From Pseudomonadota bacterium (lineage in GTDB: Bacteria > Bdellovibrionota_B > Oligoflexia > Oligoflexales > CAIMVM01): a stretch of DNA of 25,031 nt. A program made the translations under genes and the position numbers. This document shows, one piece after another, positions 18,421-25,031 of the stretch. The DNA is taken from the NCBI GenBank assembly GCA_037142195.1, contig JBAXBA010000053.1:1-25031 (forward strand), read 5' to 3'. Below the pieces are notes generated by a model, which did not search any database, was not told where the DNA came from, and saw only the letters and a program-made list of their open reading frames with translations. Positions within the stretch are counted from its first letter, which is position 1. Every line of letters starts with the position of its first letter.

Positions 18421-19191
18421 ATGACAAAAGATGTCTATATAGGTATCGATCAGACAGGCGCCGTAAATCGGTTGGGGAAACCTAAACCTCTTCCCTTATG
18501 TTTAATGGAAGGCAATAGAGTTGAATTTTTTTATTTGGAGACTTTTTCTAAAGAGTCTATTTTTAAGACTCTTAAGTTGAGTCCGACACAAAAGATTGTT
18601 GCTTGTGTGGACTGCGTGCTAGGGGTGCCGCAAGAGCTTGGCTTAACTTGGCGAAAAGCCCTAGAGCTTATAAAACCCTGGGAAGGCTATGGACAGGAGT
18701 CTGCGAGAAGTTTTTTTCTGAAGTTAGGCGGCGGTCAGATTTTTTCAAGAAGAGTTGAGATTCAATCACGGGCGAACTCAGTTTTTAAGGAACATCCTTT
18801 TCAAAAAAATATTCAAACGGGAACCTACAGATTTTGGAAAGAAATTGCCAGTTCCTCAGAAGATTTTGCAGTTCCATTTCTTGGCGAGGTAGTAACTGCG
18901 GAAAAAATTCCATTGTATGAAGGATATCCTACGCTTTCATGGAAGTTGATTTTTGGTGTGAAATGCAGGATGCCAGACCGGCTGCCTATGTTGATCGAAA
19001 AATCATTTCCTGATCTCGTAGTTTCTCAGGAAAGCTTGAGCTTGCTGAAATCAGATCCTAATTTTGCAGATGCTTTTGTTTTAGCTTTGTCTTTGAAACA
19101 GTTCGGAAGAGTCTCACCACAAGAAGAAGTCTTTCGCATAGAGGGATGGATTTTAGGGCAAGACATTGAGGTGTCCAAGAATCAGAACTAA
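18421..19191 (+). CDS. DUF429-like predicted RNase H-fold nuclease
   Basis: N-terminal YIGIDQTGA, CVDCVLGVP, RRVE, YEGYP, DAFVLAL and C-terminal EGWI pattern. Abuts the previous stop codon. Confidence 0.6.
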   Translation: MTKDVYIGIDQTGAVNRLGKPKPLPLCLMEGNRVEFFYLETFSKESIFKTLKLSPTQKIVACVDCVLGVPQELGLTWRKALELIKPWEGYGQESARSFFLKLGGGQIFSRRVEIQSRANSVFKEHPFQKNIQTGTYRFWKEIASSSEDFAVPFLGEVVTAEKIPLYEGYPTLSWKLIFGVKCRMPDRLPMLIEKSFPDLVVSQESLSLLKSDPNFADAFVLALSLKQFGRVSPQEEVFRIEGWILGQDIEVSKNQN

Positions 19192-19431
19192 ACGCTCATC
19201 CCGAATAATTTACAATATTTCTTACGAATTTTTCTTTGTTCCTAAATACTTTTCGACTTCGTCTAGCGTCCGGTGTGGATTCGGCTGCACTCAATTCAAA
19301 AAATCCTGGGAAGACTTCTTCTTTGTATAGCGTCCTTAAGGATGAATACTTTTCATTACAAGTCAATGAGCTCAGAAGAGCAGCTCACTGAATAATGTTT
19401 TGGGAAAGTCTCAATCCCTTGGTTTTAGAAA

Positions 19432-19809
19432 CTAAAGTTCAGCATGCACTGATCTCATCAGAATCCAAGCTGCTAAACACATAAAAAATGCCGCCGGAAC
19501 AATATCGAGGAACGGATCTTTAAGTCTTAAGCGCAAGATGACTCCTGCCGCCATCAAGATGGCAAGACCTAAAGTTGATAGAAAACCTAAGATAGGCACC
19601 TGGTAGCCCACTAAGATGCCTGTAGCGCCTGCAATCTCCAAAGAGCCTATAAACAAGCGTAACTTAGAAAGCTGAAATCTATCAAATTCCCTAGCCATAC
19701 GTTTAGAATATATACAAGACCATCCATAAAACAAAAAAGAAAGGGCAAAACCTATTTTGGCAAAATCTACATAAGAAAACACAGATGATATCTCCCAGAA
19801 AAAATTCAC
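19432..19809 (-). CDS. DoxX-like membrane protein
   Basis: Four hydrophobic segments; MAREFDRFQL...IGSLEIAGATGILVG...LAILMAAGV..RLR..DP. Start uncertain. Confidence 0.75.
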   Translation of the reverse strand: MNFFWEISSVFSYVDFAKIGFALSFLFYGWSCIYSKRMAREFDRFQLSKLRLFIGSLEIAGATGILVGYQVPILGFLSTLGLAILMAAGVILRLRLKDPFLDIVPAAFFMCLAAWILMRSVHAEL

Positions 19810-19890
19810 TTGATTACGTTCTACTTTCAGCTACCTTTATGACAGAGCAATTTACTTTACATCAGACTTATAATTGAGGTTGGAAATCCT

Positions 19891-20247
19891 ATGGTCATTG
19901 TGCATAATTTCATCGATATTTTGATTGCAACCTCAATATTTTTTGTTTGGGTAATTCGCTATCAAAATATCGTGAGTGAATTCAAAGAGTGGCAACTTCC
20001 AGATTGGCTGCGGGATTTAACTGGTATCTTTAAATTGACGTTTGCATTTTCTTTAATACTAGGCCTTAAAACTCCTTATCTTAGCATCTTGGGTGCCGTG
20101 GGTGTTGCTTTATTGATGGGTTGTGCACAAATTGTCCATTTACGAGCCAACACACAGTTTTTTAAGAGACTCCCGTCTCTTGCACTTCTCGCCTTATCTC
20201 TAATTTCTTTCTTTTTCAGCTTTTCTGGCAGTATGGGAACAAACTAA
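19891..20247 (+). CDS. DoxX-like membrane protein
   Basis: Four hydrophobic segments; VWVIRYQNIVSEFKEWQLPDWLRDLTGIFKL...LMGCAQIVHLR. GAGG SD. Confidence 0.75.
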   Translation: MVIVHNFIDILIATSIFFVWVIRYQNIVSEFKEWQLPDWLRDLTGIFKLTFAFSLILGLKTPYLSILGAVGVALLMGCAQIVHLRANTQFFKRLPSLALLALSLISFFFSFSGSMGTN

Positions 20248-20465
20248 AGAAAGATCTAAGTTAGCTCGGCAACGATTTAAAGCGAGAGTCTTAGAAAAAC
20301 GACAAATCCTTTTGTAGTCCGGCAAAGTGTCAGGTCATTTTACTTTTGTCAGAATGAACATTCGCTCGTTTTGCATTACAATGTCTTAAAAAGGAGCTGT
20401 GCTGCAAACTTTGCAGAGTACATCGCAGTTAACAGTAATCATGTTTTACCCAAAAGAAAGTTTAG

Positions 20466-20498
20466 TTTACTTTTCACATCGTTCACAGTACTATGAAC
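20466..20498 (+). promoter_or_regulatory. Sigma70 promoter overlapped by a palindromic operator
   Basis: TTTACT (20466-71), 17 bp, TACTAT (20489-94). An 18-bp near-perfect palindrome GTTCACAGTACTATGAAC (20481-20498) covers the -10. Confidence 0.65.
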
Positions 20499-20501
20499 AA
20501 T

Positions 20502-21047
20502 ATGAAAAGTAAACTAAACGTCAAAAAAACGTCCAACCAACTGAAAAAACTATCCCTCTCGGTGGGAGACTTCATTCGTTTCTGGGGATTTCGAAGGATA
20601 CATAGAGCCATTTGGACTAAAATCTATCTCTCTAAATATCCCCTAACCTGGACAGATCTCACGGCCGTTCTAGGCTTCTCCAAGGCTTTGATCAGTCTGG
20701 CTCTTCATGAGCTTGGTAGTTACAAACCTAACTTTGAAGCCCCGGCTTCTATTGACAAAGTCAGAGTCTATTCCGCAATACAAGACGTGAATAAGGTGAC
20801 ACGACAAATTCTAAAGACTAGAGAGCTGAAAATTCTAAAGCAGATTACCAGGGACGGCTCTGATTTAAAGAAAAAAGAAGCCGATGCTCGTGATTTGAAT
20901 ATCGAACGCCTGGTCAGCCTTGAAGAGATGACCTTCTCTGCTAATGTCATGCTAGAGGTTATGCTAGAGGTTATGCTAGAGGTTATGCTAGAGGTTATGC
21001 TGGATCAAAAAGATCTCATGAACTTGCACATAGAGCTGGATCTATGA
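20502..21047 (+). CDS. GbsR/MarR-like winged-helix transcriptional regulator
   Basis: VGDFIRFWGFRRIH.AIW..IYLS..PL...DL...LGFSKALIS.AL.EL. Probable leaderless ATG 20502 (ORF track 20493); ATGA overlap with the photolyase. Confidence 0.72.
   Translation: MKSKLNVKKTSNQLKKLSLSVGDFIRFWGFRRIHRAIWTKIYLSKYPLTWTDLTAVLGFSKALISLALHELGSYKPNFEAPASIDKVRVYSAIQDVNKVTRQILKTRELKILKQITRDGSDLKKKEADARDLNIERLVSLEEMTFSANVMLEVMLEVMLEVMLEVMLDQKDLMNLHIELDL
20949..21004. repeat. 12-bp coding tandem repeat ATGCTAGAGGTT x4 (+partial), encoding MLEV x4
   Basis: Perfect copies at 20949, 20961, 20973 and 20985, then ATGCTGGA. Confidence 0.97.
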
Positions 21048-22549
21048 ACCTATTCCTTATTTTAGGAAACCAGCTTTTTGACCCTGCAGAATTCTCTTCT
21101 ATGGGCATTTCTAAATCGAATACAGTATTCTTTTTGCGTGAAGATCGGGAGTTGGCAACCTACTATCGATTTCACAAACACAAATTAGTTTTTTTCTTTG
21201 CTTCCATGAGATCTTATCGAGATGAGCTAAAGAGGCATGGCTTCCGGGTTCATTATGAAGAGCTCGCAAAAGAGAATCAACATTCGGCGCCTAAAACCTA
21301 TGAAGATTCCCTCTCTATGTTTATTTCTAAAGAGGAAATTTCTGCTGCGATGGGATTTGAGATCGAAGACAAGTTTTTTGAAACGAGAATCAACCTGCTC
21401 TTTAAGAATCTTCTTGTGCCTTTTTCCACGCTTCAAAGCCCCATGTTTTTGAATTCTAGAGAGGGGTTTAGGGCTTACTTATCAAGTTCGCGAAGGCCCT
21501 TTATGAAAACCTTCTATGAAGGCCAACGCAAGCGCCTTGGGATTTTAATCAGAGACGGTATGCCGGAAGGTGGAGCTTGGAGTTTTGATTCTGAAAACCG
21601 GCATGCCTTTCCCGGTCACCTACAGTCTCCACCGCTCCCAGTTTTAATTGCTAGTTCTTATATTTTAGAAGTTTCAAAGATGGTACAGAGAAACTTCGCG
21701 GACCATCCAGGGCAGATTGCAGATTTCTGGCTTCCTGTGGACCGCCTCGGGGCAAGGGCCTGGTTAGCATCCTTCCTCGAAGAGCGGCTGGCGGAGTTTG
21801 GTCCCTACGAGGATGCCATTCCTCCCCACTCGGAGTTCCTGTTTCACTCGGTTTTAACACCCTTTCTCAATTCAGGTTTGCTCACCCCCCGTGAGGTTAT
21901 AGACGGTGCTTTAACGTTTTCTGAAAAAGTACAGGTCCCTTTGGCTTCCCTAGAAGGCTTTATAAGGCAGGTAATAGGGTGGCGTGAGTTTGTTCGGGGC
22001 GTTTACCAGAATTTCAGTGAGCAGCAAGATACAAAAAACTTTTGGAATCATTCCAAAAAGTTAAGTCCACTTTGGTATGAAGGAAATACAGGCATTCCCC
22101 CTTTAGACGAAACTCTCCGCCGGGTTCTAAAGCGCGGCTATGCCCACCACATTGAGCGTCTCATGGTAGTCGGTAGCCTTATGGTTCTTTTAGAAGTAGA
22201 ACCAAAAGAGGCCCACAAATGGTTTATGGAAATGTTTGTGGATTCGTCAGACTGGGTCATGGGTCCTAACGTTTATGGCATGGCTCTATTTTCCGATGGA
22301 GGCATTTTTGCTACGAAACCCTATATTTGCGGATCGAACTATCTCAGAAAAATGGGCGGATACAAAAAAGGAAGCTGGTGCGACGGGGTCGACGGGCTGT
22401 ATTGGCAATTTATTAGGAAAAATAAAACATACTTTTTAAGGAATCCTAGGCTGGCCATGATGGCAAAAACTTGCGAGAGACTCTCCCCGGACCGCTGGCA
22501 AGTGCTAGATCAGGCTGCCGATCAATTGAGAGCTAAGCTAGTGATTTAG
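21044..22549 (+). CDS. Cryptochrome/photolyase, bacterial (6-4) photolyase (COG3046, PhrB/CryB clade), Fe-S-free type
   Basis: LILGNQL, HKHKL...ASMR, GGAWSFDSENR, FGPYEDA, LFHS, EGFIRQVIGWREFVRGVY, YAHHIERLM, DWVMGPNVYGM, TKPY and NPRL. Confidence 0.92.
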   Translation: MNLFLILGNQLFDPAEFSSMGISKSNTVFFLREDRELATYYRFHKHKLVFFFASMRSYRDELKRHGFRVHYEELAKENQHSAPKTYEDSLSMFISKEEISAAMGFEIEDKFFETRINLLFKNLLVPFSTLQSPMFLNSREGFRAYLSSSRRPFMKTFYEGQRKRLGILIRDGMPEGGAWSFDSENRHAFPGHLQSPPLPVLIASSYILEVSKMVQRNFADHPGQIADFWLPVDRLGARAWLASFLEERLAEFGPYEDAIPPHSEFLFHSVLTPFLNSGLLTPREVIDGALTFSEKVQVPLASLEGFIRQVIGWREFVRGVYQNFSEQQDTKNFWNHSKKLSPLWYEGNTGIPPLDETLRRVLKRGYAHHIERLMVVGSLMVLLEVEPKEAHKWFMEMFVDSSDWVMGPNVYGMALFSDGGIFATKPYICGSNYLRKMGGYKKGSWCDGVDGLYWQFIRKNKTYFLRNPRLAMMAKTCERLSPDRWQVLDQAADQLRAKLVI

Positions 22550-22658
22550 GCTTATGCGGCAGAGATCACATCCTCGACCGAAATTGACGGCCAGGCATTA
22601 AATCAAAACCTTTCGAAACTTTCTGACTGAAAATTCGTTCACTTCAATTTAAAATGTC

Positions 22659-22841
22659 TTGAAACAAAGCAGGGCGAGTCCCCATGAACTGAGGCAAACT
22701 TGTACGAAAATTTGGATAGGCTTAGTAGCGAGCGTAGAGGATATCCGCAGGCTTCTTAACCACAATTCGGCTGAAACCACTCAGCGTTACATTCACTGGA
22801 CCGACGATAGATTATTATCGCTTATTTGTTTTCTCATTTGA
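22659..22841 (+). pseudogene. Tyrosine recombinase/integrase C-terminal fragment
   Basis: SPHELRQT (H-x-L-R box II), DIRRLLNH and ETTQRYIH (catalytic Tyr). No N-terminal domains upstream. Confidence 0.7.
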
Positions 22842-23290
22842 TGTTTCTCTTCTCTGACCTTTTATCATGGGGTCAGACCATGAGACACCAATTTTCCGAC
22901 GGTCCCAGGTTGTATGTCCTCTACGGCCTTAAAATCTTGAATTTTTACTCCCGACTCTATCTAAAGGCAGTGGCTTGCTAACATCTATTACAGGTCTAAA
23001 TTGAGACCTAGGCTCCTGATCACCACAGCTAGATGAATGCCGAAGCAATCCCAGAAATAAATTTTAAACTTGAGCTCATATTATAAATTCCTTTGAAATT
23101 TTGTAACCATAAACCTGGAAAAGTATCTAACGTGTCAAAATTATTACTTTTATATGGTTAGAGTCATTTCGAGTAAATCTTTTTAACTGATAATTCGTTC
23201 GAGTCAAAATACAGCGCCTGGAATCATCTTAATTTAACCATCCGCTATTATTAATATTTATAGCATTTAGTGCCTTGCCTCATGGAATTG

Positions 23291-23320
23291 TTGACAATAC
23301 CCAGGATTTTACGTTAAAAT
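23291..23320 (+). promoter_or_regulatory. Near-consensus sigma70 promoter, probably yielding a leaderless mRNA
   Basis: TTGACA (23291-96), 18 bp, TAAAAT (23315-20), then ATG 7 nt later with no SD. Confidence 0.7.
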
Positions 23321-23327
23321 TCGGATT

Positions 23328-24509
23328 ATGATTAGAAGACTATGCAACCTTACAAAATCTAACAGCTTTTTTCTATTCGGTCCCCGCGGAACGGGAAAAA
23401 CCACAATGATCCTTGAGCAGTTTGCAAGTGAAAAAGCTGTTTATGTTGATCTTTTGGATATTGACCTTATGGACCAGTTGTTGCTGGATCCTAGCCGATT
23501 TAAACAATTGATAGATAGTCCAGAAAACTATCACAAGTCCGTTATAGTCGATGAAGTACAGAAATTCCCTAGAATTTTAGATGTAGTACATTTTCAAATC
23601 CAAAGTCGTAAACGCCAATTTATTTTGACGGGATCGAGTAGCCGACGCCTAAAGCAACAAAGCAGCAATCTACTTGCTGGGCGAGCATGGGTCTATAATC
23701 TTTACCCCCTTTCCACGTTGGAGCTTGGAGAATCCTTTAACCTGAAGAAAGCATTAGAGGTGGGAGGACTTCCCGAAGCTTATATTCAAGAAGATCAGAA
23801 TTCCTCCCATGAGTACCTTAAGGCCTACACTTCGACCTATTTGCAAAAAGAAATTCAGCAAGAGCAGTGGGTAAGAAAGCTAGATCCTTTTCGTAGATTT
23901 CTAGCCATCGCTGCGCAAATGAACGGGAAAGTAGTCAACAGATCTAAAATTGCAAAAGAAGCTGGAGTAGACGACACGACTGTAGCGAACTATTTTGAAA
24001 TTTTAGAAGATACACTTCTAGGCTTTTACCTTCCTGCTTATCATAAATCAGCCAGAAAATCCCAGACCCTTTCTCCAAAATTCTATTTTATAGATCCAGG
24101 CATTAAGCGAGCTTTAGACAGAACATTAACAGTTAATCTTCTACCTCAGACCTTTGCTTGGGGGGATGCGTTTGAACATTGGGTCATTCTTGAAATAGTC
24201 AAGAACGTGAGCTACAGTCGATTGGACTGGTCTTTTTCATTTATCCGTACCAAAGACGGTGTAGAGATCGATCTTGTTATAGAGCGGCCAGGCATACCAG
24301 CACTTTTTATTGAGATTAAATCAAAAAACTTGGTAAATGAAAGTGACGCCAAATCCTTAGAGACTTTGGGGCGAGATACAGATCCTGACGCTGAACGGTG
24401 GCTTTTGTCCTTGGATCCTCTGGATCGTTTTTTTGGAAAAACCAGAGCACTACACTGGCAGAAGGCAATAACCGAGCTTTTTGGAACTCTTCTCAAAGGT
24501 AGCCTCTGA
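23328..24509 (+). CDS. AAA_14 ATPase with C-terminal DUF4143 / PD-(D/E)xK-like domain (COG1373)
   Basis: Walker A GPRGTGKT, Walker B VIVDEVQK, ILTGSS, LAGRA, GGLPE, PKFYFIDPG, GDAFE and EIDLVIE...IEIKS. Confidence 0.92.
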   Translation: MIRRLCNLTKSNSFFLFGPRGTGKTTMILEQFASEKAVYVDLLDIDLMDQLLLDPSRFKQLIDSPENYHKSVIVDEVQKFPRILDVVHFQIQSRKRQFILTGSSSRRLKQQSSNLLAGRAWVYNLYPLSTLELGESFNLKKALEVGGLPEAYIQEDQNSSHEYLKAYTSTYLQKEIQQEQWVRKLDPFRRFLAIAAQMNGKVVNRSKIAKEAGVDDTTVANYFEILEDTLLGFYLPAYHKSARKSQTLSPKFYFIDPGIKRALDRTLTVNLLPQTFAWGDAFEHWVILEIVKNVSYSRLDWSFSFIRTKDGVEIDLVIERPGIPALFIEIKSKNLVNESDAKSLETLGRDTDPDAERWLLSLDPLDRFFGKTRALHWQKAITELFGTLLKGSL

Positions 24510-24775
24510 TAACTCATTTTCAATAGACACGATGAGAAAGCGCACTGTAAATTATCTCGATCCTTTAGACTATATACTATCGGTTCCCCTTTGTTCCAGA
24601 ATGAATTCTCAGCGCCTGTTCATGTTTCGTGATTCACTTTTCACCGAAAATTCGTCAAAATTACGAATCCATGACTAGAATCTCCACCCGCCTTGATCTC
24701 AGTTTTGAGCCAACTTCTTTAGCTCCAATACCTTTAGAACTCTGCCTTTACTACTCAACCTTTGCTACCCGGAAG

Positions 24776-24805
24776 CTAAAATCTCATTTTGTTGCGAGAT
24801 TTTAG
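24776..24805. other. Perfect 10-bp inverted repeat (terminator- or operator-like)
   Basis: CTAAAATCTC-ATTTTGTTGC-GAGATTTTAG in a non-coding region; no clear U-tract. Confidence 0.4.
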
Positions 24806-24966
24806 GCGCTCAATCAATGGCAAAAAGGTATTTTCAGACCAAAAGCAGGACGATGGATACACGGCCGGGTTAGATTTTATGCTTGACGGCAAGCGGAGAA
24901 TTCCTTCTTGACTTGTCCATTCCAGGGCGGTTAGACAGGATAGGTTCGTTAAAAGACATCATAGCG

Positions 24967-25031
24967 CACGAAAGAACACGAAAGAACACGAAAGAACACG
25001 AAAGAACACGAAAGAACACGAAAGAACACGA
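24967..25031. repeat. 10-bp tandem repeat AAAGAACACG, at least 6 copies, truncated by the window edge
   Basis: CACG followed by six perfect AAAGAACACG units (24971-25030). Confidence 0.98.

Noticed and set aside
19196..19390. Minus-strand open frame of about 60 codons between the DUF429-like and DoxX genes
   Set aside because: No SD, no ATG and no recognisable motif.
24212..24960. ORFs 24212-24523 (-), 24481-24678 (+) and short frames near the right end
   Set aside because: They overlap the ATPase gene or are short with no motifs; coding status cannot be supported.

Overview
Bacterial chromosomal segment. Protein styles suggest a deltaproteobacteria-like or Bdellovibrionota/Oligoflexia host, which is inference only. 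Both window ends fall in perfect tandem repeats (14-mer at left, 10-mer at right). The left half (1-11.3 kb, all minus strand) is housekeeping: nuoABCDEF of NADH dehydrogenase I, a secreted/outer-membrane hypothetical protein, an M48-like metalloprotease lipoprotein, an MltD-like LysM lytic transglycosylase and an RlmD-type RNA methyltransferase. The right half (11.7-25 kb, mostly plus strand) is accessory. It holds a tricistronic HipBST-type toxin-antitoxin module, a UbiD-family decarboxylase, and a decayed DUF6516 (TumE-like) toxin / HVO_A0114-like antitoxin pair that the ORF track misreads. It also holds a putative light/UV-stress island: DUF2805, renalase-like flavoprotein, DUF2256-DUF3253 fusion, DUF429-like nuclease, two divergent DoxX paralogues, and a GbsR-like regulator with its own operator coupled to an Fe-S-free bacterial (6-4) photolyase. 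A tyrosine-recombinase remnant and a leaderless AAA_14/DUF4143 ATPase follow. The best candidates for new biology are the photolyase island with its GbsR-type regulator and nuclease, and the high density of tandem repeats, whose coding copies are in frame and expand a signal peptide and a regulator helix. All family calls are from motif recognition by eye; no searches were run.
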